Positions 17,839 through 27,328 of a stretch of DNA of 64,000 nucleotides are shown in pieces. The stretch is taken from the IMG/VR virus record IMGVR_UViG_3300011767_000002, positions 15,941 through 79,940 of that record; one strand, written 5' to 3'. Numbering within the stretch: the stretch's first letter is position 1; every line of letters starts with the position of its first letter. The DNA is from a virus. Lineage: Duplodnaviria; Caudoviricetes. The notes beneath the pieces were generated by a model. The model was given only the letters and a program-made list of their open reading frames with translations, was not told the DNA's origin and did not search any database. The position numbers were made by a program, and so were the translations under genes.

Positions 17839-19398
17839 ATGTCTAATAGCCCATTTGCCAAGTTTAAGAAGGCCGCCTCGATTCGCCCTATGTGGAACAT
17901 CGGTGCCTGTTTTGACATCCAGACCGGCAAGTACTACAAAGGAAAGCATGGGGAGTCGATCCTCTGTGGCGGTCTTAACAATTTCACCGGTGTGGCGGGT
18001 CTACCCAACATGTTCAAGACGGTGATCTCACTGTTTCAGCTCGGTGCTGTAATGAACCGGGTTTCGTTGGCCATTATGATGGCGCATGACTCAGAGAATA
18101 CGCTGTCACCAGGCCGGATCATGAATGTGTTCCGGCAGTTCCCGGAACTCTTTGAGATCGATCTGATTGAAGCCGAACGACTGGCCTTTACGGATGCGAC
18201 GACCTACACCGGGAACGAATGGTGGAACGTCATGCGCGAATACGCTGAAGACCGCCGCAAGGACAAGTCCATCCAGATCACTACACCGTTCGTCGATGAG
18301 GTGACCAAGGAACTGATCAAGATACCCAGTCCGACCTTGGCGTTCCTGGATTCCTTGTCCGGCCTTCAGACCGAAGGCGTGATGAACATGTACGAAAAGG
18401 GCGATGTGGGGTCGAAGGATCTGAACATGGTGGCCATGAAAGGCGCCGGTGCTAAAAGCCAGCTGGTCGATCAGGTGACGTCTGTCACGGGCGGTTCGGG
18501 TCTGCACATCCTGATGACCGCACACGTGGGTCAGGAATACCAGCTCGATATGTACAAGCCGAACGTCAAGCGGTTGAAGTTCCTTAAAGGTGACCTCAAA
18601 CTCAAGAAGGTCCCGGAGAACTTCAGCTTCCTGACAGCCAACTGCTGGTACTGTGTCTCCCTGGTGCCCTTGCTCGACGCGGACAAGCTGCCTGAGTTCC
18701 CACGCGACGAAGAAGACGACCTTAAGGGCGACACTGACCTGATCTGCATCACCTTGGTCAACTTGCGAGGCAAGTCGGGTCCGTCGGGCATTCCGTTTGA
18801 AGTGGTGGTGTCTCAGTCTGAAGGCCTTAAGCCTGAACTGACCGAGTTCACCTACTGCAAGGGGTATGACTACTTCGGTATCAGTGACAAGGACGGTAAC
18901 AAGGCCAAAGGCAAACCCAACTTCCGCCTGGACCTGTACCCATCCCAGAACCTGACCCGTAAGACAGTCCGCCGCCTGTTGGAGACCGAGGCTCGTCTAC
19001 AACGCGCCATGAACATCACCTCTGAAATGTGCATGATGCGCAACCTGTGGCACGACCTGCCAGATGGCCTGCTGTGCACCCCAAAGGAACTCTACGACGA
19101 CCTGATCGCCGCTGGATACGACTGGGACCTGCTGCTCGACACCCGTGGTTTCTGGTTGCCGTTGGAGGAGAAAGGCACTTACGCCGACATCCCCTTCCTG
19201 TCGACCATGGACCTGCTCAACATGCGAGCCGGTACCTACCGTCCTTACTGGTACGATCAAGCTGTCAAAGCCAAGGCTGTGACCACTGCAGCCATTGTGG
19301 CACGCGGCGGCAAGGCAGAGGATGCATCAGCCAAACCGACCACGGCGCAAGAACTGCTGCTGAAGATCAAAGACCGTCAGGCGGAGAAAGCGGTCTAA
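17839..19398 (+). CDS. uvsX: UvsX/RecA-like recombinase (phiKZ gp152-like)
   Basis: P-loop-like GVAGLPNMFKT, Walker B AFLDSLSG and LMTAHVG; expected position between RNase H and the vRNAP subunit. Confidence 0.8.
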   Translation: MSNSPFAKFKKAASIRPMWNIGACFDIQTGKYYKGKHGESILCGGLNNFTGVAGLPNMFKTVISLFQLGAVMNRVSLAIMMAHDSENTLSPGRIMNVFRQFPELFEIDLIEAERLAFTDATTYTGNEWWNVMREYAEDRRKDKSIQITTPFVDEVTKELIKIPSPTLAFLDSLSGLQTEGVMNMYEKGDVGSKDLNMVAMKGAGAKSQLVDQVTSVTGGSGLHILMTAHVGQEYQLDMYKPNVKRLKFLKGDLKLKKVPENFSFLTANCWYCVSLVPLLDADKLPEFPRDEEDDLKGDTDLICITLVNLRGKSGPSGIPFEVVVSQSEGLKPELTEFTYCKGYDYFGISDKDGNKAKGKPNFRLDLYPSQNLTRKTVRRLLETEARLQRAMNITSEMCMMRNLWHDLPDGLLCTPKELYDDLIAAGYDWDLLLDTRGFWLPLEEKGTYADIPFLSTMDLLNMRAGTYRPYWYDQAVKAKAVTTAAIVARGGKAEDASAKPTTAQELLLKIKDRQAEKAV

Positions 19399-19463
19399 TT
19401 ATCTGAGGCCAATGTGCAACCTGTGCGTTGGCCTCATTCCCTATTAATTCGGAGAGACCCATC

Positions 19464-19748
19464 ATGACGCAACAAGTCGTCTCTGCCGTAGTCGATCTAC
19501 TGGCAGTTAAAAACCCCCACGCTGCGACACGGTTTGCCCGTGACTTTCGCTGCGAGGCTCTGAGCGAAAGCGACGAGATCCGTCAACTGAACCGCTTCTG
19601 GCGTGAACAGCTCGCCGCGCTGCACACCTCGACCATCTCGGCCCGTACGTGCTTGGTGGACGACATTGCCCCGCGCGATTGGCTGCGTCATTTCCAGCAG
19701 TTGGTCCTGCCAACCATCGTTTCGTTCGACCTTCCGGTCAAGCACTGA
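19464..19748 (+). CDS. Hypothetical protein
   Basis: ATG 19464 after a GGAGAG RBS; 94 aa. Confidence 0.6.
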   Translation: MTQQVVSAVVDLLAVKNPHAATRFARDFRCEALSESDEIRQLNRFWREQLAALHTSTISARTCLVDDIAPRDWLRHFQQLVLPTIVSFDLPVKH

Positions 19749-19759
19749 GGGACATCCGT

Positions 19760-20461
19760 ATGACCAGTCGTCAAGAGGTCACCGCTTTCATTGTGGATGC
19801 CATTGCGGGGATTATTCCGGGTGACACCTATAACGCCGAGTTGACCAAGCAGCGTCTGGACGCTATGTCGGATACCGAGTTTGACGAGTACCTGCGTGCA
19901 CTCGCTAAGCCTGAATCGGAAGACGCCCGTGCCACTCAAGAGATTTTGCCGTTTTACTCGCCTAACCTGAAAGACCCTCGCATCACCATGGAGAGTCTGA
20001 TGGCTGTGGCTGAGCGGATCGGCCATCCATTCTTCGAGCAGCTGTGGCTGACCGATCCTCAAACGGGTGACACCTTCCTCACCCCGCAGAAGTACCTGGT
20101 GCTGGACATGACTGTTCGCCGTCAGGCCCAGATGCTCACCAAGAAGTCTTCGATCCCTGAGAATGCCCGCCATGTCGATGAGATGTCTGGCCAGGTGACT
20201 GGCAAGTCCAAGGGCTCTAAGATCTCGTTCCCAGAACTGCAAGCGCAGTTGGCCCAAGGACTTGAAATGACCTTGATTGAAGAGACCAAGGTGCGTGGCG
20301 GTGACCGGTTGGCACAGGTCGAATTCGACCGCCAACTGATCGAGCACGGCGAAGCCAGCCTCGAAGAAGTTACCGAAGGCGGGGGCGTGACCAACTCTAC
20401 ATCGACTGTGGCGATTCTGTACCGCGGTGCGATGATCGATAACAACCTGGACGAGGTATAA
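19760..20461 (+). CDS. rpoB: Virion RNA polymerase beta subunit, C-terminal fragment (phiKZ gp149-like)
   Basis: RRQAQMLTKK...DEMSGQVTGKSKGSKISFPELQ...EETKVRGGD aligns with the bacterial beta C-terminal [20 protein letters not shown]...LTVKSDD. Confidence 0.85.
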   Translation: MTSRQEVTAFIVDAIAGIIPGDTYNAELTKQRLDAMSDTEFDEYLRALAKPESEDARATQEILPFYSPNLKDPRITMESLMAVAERIGHPFFEQLWLTDPQTGDTFLTPQKYLVLDMTVRRQAQMLTKKSSIPENARHVDEMSGQVTGKSKGSKISFPELQAQLAQGLEMTLIEETKVRGGDRLAQVEFDRQLIEHGEASLEEVTEGGGVTNSTSTVAILYRGAMIDNNLDEV

Positions 20462-20465
20462 CAGG

Positions 20466-20954
20466 ATGTCATTTGCTGAAACCGATAAACGGGTTTTAGA
20501 AGGACTGACCGCGTCACTCAAAAAGTGGGTGGCGCTGTCGTTCAAAGATCCGGTGAACGAGGCCCTCAACCTCAGGGCAGTGATCCTCAAAGAAGACCTT
20601 CCAGAGCTACGGCGGATTCGTTGGTACACCGTCAAGGATCTGGTTGAAGTTCAGAAGGTCTGGCTGCGTTACATTGAAAATGAGACGCACGAAGGCGAGA
20701 TGAAACAGAGTCTGTACGACTTCTACATGAATGGCGCCACTTACCTCTGGTTGCAAAACCCGACGGCCTCGGCACATTACGAATCATTCATCAGCCACTT
20801 GGCCACTACCCTGGCGTGGGCCAAACGGTGTCAGGCCATCCCGGCAGACAGCCGTGAGTACATGGGTAATTCAGAAGAGCTAACTGCGCTGTTGAAAAAC
20901 AACCATTGGCTGGTGTTCATGGTGTTACTGTCAGTGACTGACATCGAACAGTAA
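20466..20954 (+). CDS. Hypothetical protein (phiKZ-family conserved)
   Basis: 162-aa ORF coupled to the vRNAP gene. Confidence 0.6.
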   Translation: MSFAETDKRVLEGLTASLKKWVALSFKDPVNEALNLRAVILKEDLPELRRIRWYTVKDLVEVQKVWLRYIENETHEGEMKQSLYDFYMNGATYLWLQNPTASAHYESFISHLATTLAWAKRCQAIPADSREYMGNSEELTALLKNNHWLVFMVLLSVTDIEQ

Positions 20955-20990
20955 TCTTTTTGGCAATACATTATCTTTAGGACTCCGTAC

Positions 20991-21764
20991 ATGTCAACCA
21001 CCAGTGCCTTCAACCTACTCCTGGACATGGATTGTCTGTTTGATACCCGGATGGGAACCCTGCTGGACGTGGCACCTGACCTGGCTTCGACGCTCTCCGT
21101 TAAGGCGTACCGTCAGCGGCAACTGGATGACTTCACGACAGTGACTGAAGGTAAGGTCAGCACAGAAGCCTTCCAAGCCCGCTATGCGACCCGTGACCTG
21201 GAGATTCTGAAGAAGAGCCTGATCACCGGCATCGTCCCCATCTTGATCACTTATGTCGAAGGGTTGCAGGAACGTCTCTTTCGTAAGATTGACGTATCCG
21301 GCATCAACATCGACTTGAATATTTACCCGTACACGCTGCCTGGTCCGTTACTGGAATCCATCCAGAACCACCTGCGGGCGCTGTTCCCACCCTTTGTTGA
21401 AATCGGTGTGGGGCGGTATGGGCCGGAACAACTGACCCCGGAATTCTTCGACCTGTATTACAACGGGTGGGTGACCTACGACCTCCATGCATGGCTGGCG
21501 CAGCACCATGATGCACTGTTGATCAAGCCGCTGAACCAGCTATCGGTCATAATCCCCAAGCTCTTTACTAAAGAGCCTGGGGAGCATGAGAACACAGAAG
21601 ATGAAACTTTTAAAGGGGCTGACCGCCACGGGCTGTTCGAAATGGTCATGGAAGATTTCCTGCACCTCGAACACATCCCTGTGGAGGACTTTTGTTACCT
21701 GACCCCTGGCAGTTATCTGCTGCCGGAAGATCAATCTTCGGCTTCGGCATCCGAAGCCCGCTGA
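20991..21764 (+). CDS. Hypothetical protein with an N-terminal HAD-like DxD motif
   Basis: LLLDMDCLFDTR at the N-terminus. Confidence 0.55.
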   Translation: MSTTSAFNLLLDMDCLFDTRMGTLLDVAPDLASTLSVKAYRQRQLDDFTTVTEGKVSTEAFQARYATRDLEILKKSLITGIVPILITYVEGLQERLFRKIDVSGINIDLNIYPYTLPGPLLESIQNHLRALFPPFVEIGVGRYGPEQLTPEFFDLYYNGWVTYDLHAWLAQHHDALLIKPLNQLSVIIPKLFTKEPGEHENTEDETFKGADRHGLFEMVMEDFLHLEHIPVEDFCYLTPGSYLLPEDQSSASASEAR

Positions 21765-22255
21765 GCTGCTTCGACCGAGGTGACAAAGTCGTCGTAGTTT
21801 ACTGGCTGTGTACCTTGGGCGGTGACGTCCGGCACCAGCGGCGGCGCTGGCAGGACAGCGGCAGCGTCTGGACGCTCTGCGACCGGACCTTTATTGCCGG
21901 TCACCAGGTCGACTGCAAACGGGTTGCGGCCGCCCAACATACCCAACAGCGCATTCTGTGCCTGAGCCAGACGTTCGGATTCATTGACCTGACGTTCTTC
22001 CACGTCGATCTTCCGAGTGGTCAAGGCAGCTTGGTCCAGGTCACGCAGGACTTGCAAGAATGTGATGGCGTCTTTATCGATATGGGGTACACCACCCTTG
22101 AGGTGCTTCTTCACCATGGCCACTCGGATGCCCTGAGTGGTCTTGATGATGTCTGATGGATCAACAGACTCGTTGATCTGCATCGGCGCGTCGCCAAGGT
22201 ATTCATTATCTGCAACTGGCAGTAGGTCGCCGTCGATGGGATTGATGTCAGACAT
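21731..22255 (-). CDS. Hypothetical protein
   Basis: ATG 22255 after a GGAG RBS; acidic and helical. Confidence 0.6.
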   Translation of the reverse strand: MSDINPIDGDLLPVADNEYLGDAPMQINESVDPSDIIKTTQGIRVAMVKKHLKGGVPHIDKDAITFLQVLRDLDQAALTTRKIDVEERQVNESERLAQAQNALLGMLGGRNPFAVDLVTGNKGPVAERPDAAAVLPAPPLVPDVTAQGTQPVNYDDFVTSVEAAQRASDAEAED

Positions 22256-22324
22256 TGCATAAACTCCGAGAAAAAACGTAGGTCGCTCATAGGATTGAAT
22301 ATAAGCGGCAGTGTTGAGGCACAC

Positions 22325-22804
22325 ATGTTGAGAAAGTTTTTCACATGGCTTAGACGAAAAGAACCGGAACCGCTGGTCGGTGCCACCATCTATGAAACGT
22401 TATTAAACCAACTGGGAGACCTCGATGAATTGACCAAACGCACCTTCTCACCCTCTAAAGCCAAGGCTGTGACCATCACGACCGCCACCCAGTCCTTGGG
22501 TGAGCTGCGCGGGTTTCTGGTCGAGGCTTCAGTGTTTGTTAGCCGCCAAGAGTACATGCCCGAGAAGTGGAAATCACGGGTAATCAGGTTGAGCAAAAGG
22601 ACACTGGACGACTACATTGCAGACGGAGATGACCTGATCCATCCCCTGGACTGGCTTGCACAACACCGTCACTACATCATTAAACTTCTCGATGCGTTCC
22701 TGAAATTGGAACACGCCGAGCAAGACTACTATCAACGTAAATGCAACTTCGTTATCGAGGACCTTCTCGTTCTGGCTACAGCCAGCCGAGACTGCCTACG
22801 GTAA
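22325..22804 (+). CDS. Hypothetical protein
   Basis: ATG 22325 after a GAGG RBS; first gene of a + strand unit. Confidence 0.6.
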   Translation: MLRKFFTWLRRKEPEPLVGATIYETLLNQLGDLDELTKRTFSPSKAKAVTITTATQSLGELRGFLVEASVFVSRQEYMPEKWKSRVIRLSKRTLDDYIADGDDLIHPLDWLAQHRHYIIKLLDAFLKLEHAEQDYYQRKCNFVIEDLLVLATASRDCLR

Positions 22805-22823
22805 TCCATCTAGGAACCCATCC

Positions 22824-23456
22824 ATGAGCAAAGAACAACGTCGGATGATGGATGACGAAAATAAGCTTCTACAAGAAGCCCGTAATCCATTGACCAAACT
22901 GTTCCGACTGATTCTTCGGGAGCTTCACATTGAAGCTAAACCTTGGAACAGGCGCCTCACCGCGTTTCTTTCAAGTCCACTGTCACGCGTTCCCAAAAAT
23001 GCAAAAGACATCGGTCAGGAACGGAACAACTTTAACCGTGCGATTGCCAAACCGCACATCACCTTCAAGACCTTTCAAAAGGCGATCCAGATCCTTGGCC
23101 CTGTTCGGTATTCTATGAGCATCACCATGACCATGCGTGACGGTCGTGAGATCCATGTGACCACCGATTCGTTCAAGAACCCGTACGCCAAAATTGACGA
23201 CCTGGCCGCCACAGTCAGTGGCAAAGGGATGTCCCCTGACATGGACAACGTCGATTATGACGACGAAGACGATGAACATCAGGTGACCGAAGAAGCGGTT
23301 GCGAAGATGATCGACGAAATCGGTCCTAGCGACCCTGTTGAACCACCCACTATCCGACTGACCCATAAGTCGGTGGAACCGGCGAAACGTCAACGGCTGT
23401 CTCAGTTGATGACGAAGTCCTTCCCAGCACCCACTGATCGTGAGAATGACCAATGA
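22824..23456 (+). CDS. Hypothetical protein, possible XRE-like helix-turn-helix
   Basis: ERNNFNRAIAKPHITFKTFQKAIQILGPVRYSMSIT resembles the C-terminal half of XRE HTH domains; acidic tail. Confidence 0.5.
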   Translation: MSKEQRRMMDDENKLLQEARNPLTKLFRLILRELHIEAKPWNRRLTAFLSSPLSRVPKNAKDIGQERNNFNRAIAKPHITFKTFQKAIQILGPVRYSMSITMTMRDGREIHVTTDSFKNPYAKIDDLAATVSGKGMSPDMDNVDYDDEDDEHQVTEEAVAKMIDEIGPSDPVEPPTIRLTHKSVEPAKRQRLSQLMTKSFPAPTDRENDQ

Positions 23457-23506
23457 CCGTGTCAGCCATTACTCACCCAATGCCCAGTTACCAAAGGAAT
23501 TCCACC

Positions 23507-24073
23507 ATGACTCTGGACACCCCCTCCAAGCCCTCGGGTCCTGCGGGACTGATCCCCGAAGAAGATGGTAAGACTCACATCAACGTCTATTCCCGTGGGG
23601 TCACCCCATTAGGACGTTCGTTGAGCAATCTCTCCGAGTGCAACATCGAGCACCCCTACTTTGGGCATTTCCGGACCCTGGAAGGCCTGTGGTTTTACAT
23701 GAAAACCGGGTTCAAAGACGACAACTTCCGAATCATCAAGGGACTGGCCGCCCGTGACCTGGGTAAGAAGCTACCCAGTGAGTTCTACCCGCTGTTCAGC
23801 AAGATGTTCAAGCTGGGCATGTTGGAGAAGTTGGAAAAGAACCCTGGCTTACAGCGCGACCTCCTGGCCAATGACTTACCCCTGGCGCATTACTACGTCT
23901 ACGGTAAGAAAGTGATCGTTCAGGACCGTCATCAATGGCAGTTGGATTATTGGATGCTGCTGCGCTCAGCCCTGAAGAACACTGGATCGCTAGCGGCCAT
24001 CCGGGCCGAGATTGAAGACGACATCAAGTACCAACTAAGTAACTTGGACAAGGCGTCTGATTCACCCGAGTAA
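23507..24073 (+). CDS. NADAR (YbiA/DUF1768)-like protein
   Basis: LSNL...FRTLEGLWFYMK...AARDLGK...MLEKLEKNPGLQRDLL follows the NADAR pattern SNF...S.EH..QA.K...AK..GR...KF.QN..L...LL. ATG 23507 follows an AAAGGA RBS. Confidence 0.55.
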   Translation: MTLDTPSKPSGPAGLIPEEDGKTHINVYSRGVTPLGRSLSNLSECNIEHPYFGHFRTLEGLWFYMKTGFKDDNFRIIKGLAARDLGKKLPSEFYPLFSKMFKLGMLEKLEKNPGLQRDLLANDLPLAHYYVYGKKVIVQDRHQWQLDYWMLLRSALKNTGSLAAIRAEIEDDIKYQLSNLDKASDSPE

Positions 24074-24085
24074 CCGTACGGATTG

Positions 24086-24130
24086 CGTGAGGGGCTTCAG
24101 GCCCCTCACGACTCCCTACTTTCTTTTTTT
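24086..24130 (+). terminator. Intrinsic terminator
   Basis: CGTGAGGGGC-TTCAG-GCCCCTCACG followed by a T-rich tract. Confidence 0.7.
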
Positions 24131-24148
24131 CTTTGTCAGGGAGGCGCT

Positions 24149-25150
24149 ATGTCACTCATTTCAATCCCGTTGTTTAAATCCAATAAGACCGAGGCCCTGG
24201 AACCGGCTGACGCCTACGACATCAGTTCGAGTCGGCCGATCAACAAGGTGTATGAGGCTGCAAAGAACACCACTGCCAAGCTGTTTGACCGTGCCGGGGG
24301 AGCCCAAGGGTTGGCCCAAGGGGTGATCAACCTGACCCAACAGAAAAGCGCGGGTGCCACGGGGAAGCAGTTGTTGGAAAGTGGCTTGGGGATGTTTGGG
24401 GCCAGCAGTGCAGGGATTCTTCGCACCGTGGGTGGCGGCATTATCGACAAGGCTGGGGCGTTTATCGACCTTGACCCCACCATGGTCAACCGCATCAAGA
24501 CCACCGGCGAATCCATGGTCCGCAAGGCCCAGTACGGTGACTATAGCGACATCAGCGATTACAGTGACCTGCTGGTTCTGATGGGTGACATGACCGGCAA
24601 CGAAACCATCTCACGCAGTGTCAACGTCGGGTTAGAGTCGGCCGTCTGGGCAGCCTCATTGACCAAGGCCGTAGAGTATGGGTCGTATGAATACATCGGC
24701 AGTGTCAAAGACCACATCGACCCTGAGGTCTATCGCCAAGCAGTGATCTTCAGTATCCCAGCAGTGGCCAGTTCAGGGTCTCTGGAGGCAGTGAAGGAAC
24801 TGATTACCGCCCTCGGTGCTGAAGTCGTGCATGCTAACAAACCTGATTTCGTCGGGGTGTTCATCAACCGGTTTAAAGCTCCGGCAGAACCGACAATGGA
24901 TATGCCAGCCTACGCCGACCAGGTCGTCGACACCATGACTCAGTTAGACAGTCGCTGGTACCTGTATGACCGGGAAGGCCAAGACATTTCTGATTTCAAG
25001 TACCTGTCGGCAGCATCACCGGATGCGGTGGCTTATCTCAGTCATCATCCCGTGGTAGGCCCCCTGGTTCAGATTGCACCGCTGTTCCCTGAGAACACTG
25101 TCGATGCGGTTATGCGAGAACAATTCCCGTTAATGGTTTCCCTAAGCTGA
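24149..25150 (+). CDS. Putative virion (tail/baseplate) structural protein
   Basis: 333-aa ORF with a GGGAGG RBS, convergent with the gp182-like gene as in phiKZ relatives. Confidence 0.5.
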   Translation: MSLISIPLFKSNKTEALEPADAYDISSSRPINKVYEAAKNTTAKLFDRAGGAQGLAQGVINLTQQKSAGATGKQLLESGLGMFGASSAGILRTVGGGIIDKAGAFIDLDPTMVNRIKTTGESMVRKAQYGDYSDISDYSDLLVLMGDMTGNETISRSVNVGLESAVWAASLTKAVEYGSYEYIGSVKDHIDPEVYRQAVIFSIPAVASSGSLEAVKELITALGAEVVHANKPDFVGVFINRFKAPAEPTMDMPAYADQVVDTMTQLDSRWYLYDREGQDISDFKYLSAASPDAVAYLSHHPVVGPLVQIAPLFPENTVDAVMREQFPLMVSLS

Positions 25151-25152
25151 CG

Positions 25153-25186
25153 CATAAGAGCCCAGGGCATTGCCCTGGGCTCTATG
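25153..25186. terminator. CATA-hairpin-TATG element between convergent genes
   Basis: CATAAGAGCCCAGGGCATTGCCCTGGGCTCTATG. Confidence 0.6.
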
Positions 25187-25190
25187 TTGC

Positions 25191-27275
25191 TTATTGCCGG
25201 TCGGTGGCGTGGGCCATGGCCTTGGCAGCATCGCCAAACATGCCTGACATGGCCCACATCGCCGCACGTTCCGGCGACTTGGCATCGTCGAAGGCGGCTT
25301 GCTGACGCGCCAGGCGAACCGCCCACTTACGCAATCCGTTGATTTCCGCTTCCAAGGGTAGTCCTGCCAGAATGGCCAGGTAGTCGGTGTAGTTGTTATC
25401 GTCGTCGTACGTCGACCCCAACATGGCCGAAGCGGCCGCACTGCCCAGGTTAGCCACGTCCACGTCGCTGTTGGTCAACCAACCCACACCCTTACCAATC
25501 CCATACCCTGCGGCCTGAATGACCCGGTCTGAAAATTCAAACGAGGGGTTCACGTGCATGTTGACCGCGTTGGTCAGGTCAATCAAGCCAAGCTGGATGT
25601 CGACCCCCAGGAACCCACCGTTGTTGTTCCAGCCGATGTCGCCCGCACCCCGCGTGATGGTCAGGGAATCGACCATGGCCAGACGGGAGTGAGCCCGCCC
25701 TTGTGCGAAGTACTCCATGAGAAACGGCGAGGTGTGTGACTGTTTACCCGTCGCCAATGGCACTGCCATGGCGAAGATGCAACACAACGGCAAGATCAGG
25801 TTCTGAAGCCTGGAGACCGGATCACCATACGGAGACCGTAAGGGGATGTTCAGTGATAGCTTGTTGAAGTCACAGCTGGAACTATCCCAGACTTTGGGGA
25901 TGTCCACGTAAGCCGAGCCTGCTAATTGTGCCAAGCCCTGGATACCAATCGCCTGGGTGGCCCCGGACATGAAATCCTTCAAGGCTTCGTAAGAACCCCC
26001 GATGATTCCCGACCCTTCCAAATTACCGTCAAACATGCTAAAGCGCGTTTCACGGGCACTGGCTGAGATGGCATTGATCTGCCCCTGAATAGAAGAGTCT
26101 TTGGTGGAGTTGTTAAAGGACTCGCTTTGCGTTCCAGTGAAATCCACCCGGACGCTCAAGAACTCAGACCCCATCCGCGCCTCGGACAACAATGCCTCTT
26201 CCATGCGGTTGATCACGCCGTCTTCCAGCCGTCCGGTTTTCTCCACCGCTTCTTTGTTAGCCAGGGCATCGTCGTCGCTGATGTACCCCAGCATCTCATT
26301 GGACTTCCAGAGCTCCGTATAGGCCGCTAGCGTGGCGCTGGAGGAGTTCCGGACAGACTCATACACCTTGCCCATGTCTTCGCCGTACAGGCGCTGTTTG
26401 AAGATCTCACGCATGGCCTTCTTGGAGCTGACACCCTGCAGTTCCGAGTTCAGCAACTTATGGCGGTTGTTGACCAACCGTTGTCCGCGTTGGGCGATGG
26501 CAAAGACATCCAATCCCCCGTCTTTACGGTAGATCGAGGGAATCAGGCGATGAAACTCATTGACGTCTGCCTGGGTAATCTCATCGTCCTTGGAATGCAA
26601 GGGTTTGCTGCCTTGGTAGATCGGACGAGGAATCACCCCCATGTTGGCTGCAACGCCATTGACCATGGCTGACACCGCGGTCCAGTACGGCAACATCGAT
26701 GGCTTGAGGTAATAATACTTACTGGCCGGTCGCCGCAAGAAGAACCGAATCACTTTACCGGCCATGATAAACGGCATCATCGGGATCGTGGCAATGGACC
26801 CCAATGCCCAACCCAGGTTATAGAAGAACCCAGGGGCGCGCCCTGACCGCGCCATGCTGGCGGCCGGGACAGAATAGTAGTTCGCATAAAACGAGGTCAT
26901 GCTGTTAAACTGTGGAAACCCCATGCGAAAGTGGACCACCTGCATGTTGTCGTCAAACTTCTCACTGTACACCCGTCCAATCCCATTGGAGGATGACGTG
27001 TTGGTGGTGTTGGTGCGTGAGACCTTGGGCACCAGGACCGTCTTGCCCCGTGCGTTGGCACTGCTAAACAGGTTATGTTTCAAATCGGCATAACGGGTGA
27101 ACTGGGGCAATGGGTTGATGACGAAATTGCCGCCTAGGGTGGTGTCAGTGGCCTTTTGCATCGACGTCGAATAGATACGGTTGACCACCGCCTCGTTCCC
27201 ACCGATGATGGTATCTGATGGCAACAAGAATGCCGACTTCACCCAGCTGTCATCTAAGATGTTATCCATGTACAT
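25191..27275 (-). CDS. Tail/baseplate structural protein (phiKZ gp182-like)
   Basis: 694 aa, immediately downstream of the gp181-like gene; LGGNFVINPLPQFTRYAD motif. Confidence 0.7.
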   Translation of the reverse strand: MYMDNILDDSWVKSAFLLPSDTIIGGNEAVVNRIYSTSMQKATDTTLGGNFVINPLPQFTRYADLKHNLFSSANARGKTVLVPKVSRTNTTNTSSSNGIGRVYSEKFDDNMQVVHFRMGFPQFNSMTSFYANYYSVPAASMARSGRAPGFFYNLGWALGSIATIPMMPFIMAGKVIRFFLRRPASKYYYLKPSMLPYWTAVSAMVNGVAANMGVIPRPIYQGSKPLHSKDDEITQADVNEFHRLIPSIYRKDGGLDVFAIAQRGQRLVNNRHKLLNSELQGVSSKKAMREIFKQRLYGEDMGKVYESVRNSSSATLAAYTELWKSNEMLGYISDDDALANKEAVEKTGRLEDGVINRMEEALLSEARMGSEFLSVRVDFTGTQSESFNNSTKDSSIQGQINAISASARETRFSMFDGNLEGSGIIGGSYEALKDFMSGATQAIGIQGLAQLAGSAYVDIPKVWDSSSCDFNKLSLNIPLRSPYGDPVSRLQNLILPLCCIFAMAVPLATGKQSHTSPFLMEYFAQGRAHSRLAMVDSLTITRGAGDIGWNNNGGFLGVDIQLGLIDLTNAVNMHVNPSFEFSDRVIQAAGYGIGKGVGWLTNSDVDVANLGSAAASAMLGSTYDDDNNYTDYLAILAGLPLEAEINGLRKWAVRLARQQAAFDDAKSPERAAMWAMSGMFGDAAKAMAHATDRQ

Positions 27276-27290
27276 GACCTCTGATAAACG

Positions 27291-27319
27291 AAAAAGGAAG
27301 TGAGGGGTCGCCCCCTCAC
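27291..27319 (-). terminator. Intrinsic terminator after the gp181-like gene
   Basis: GTGAGGGG/CCCCTCAC stem, followed on the minus strand by TTCCTTTTT. Confidence 0.65.
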
Positions 27320-27328
27320 GTCCAGGGT

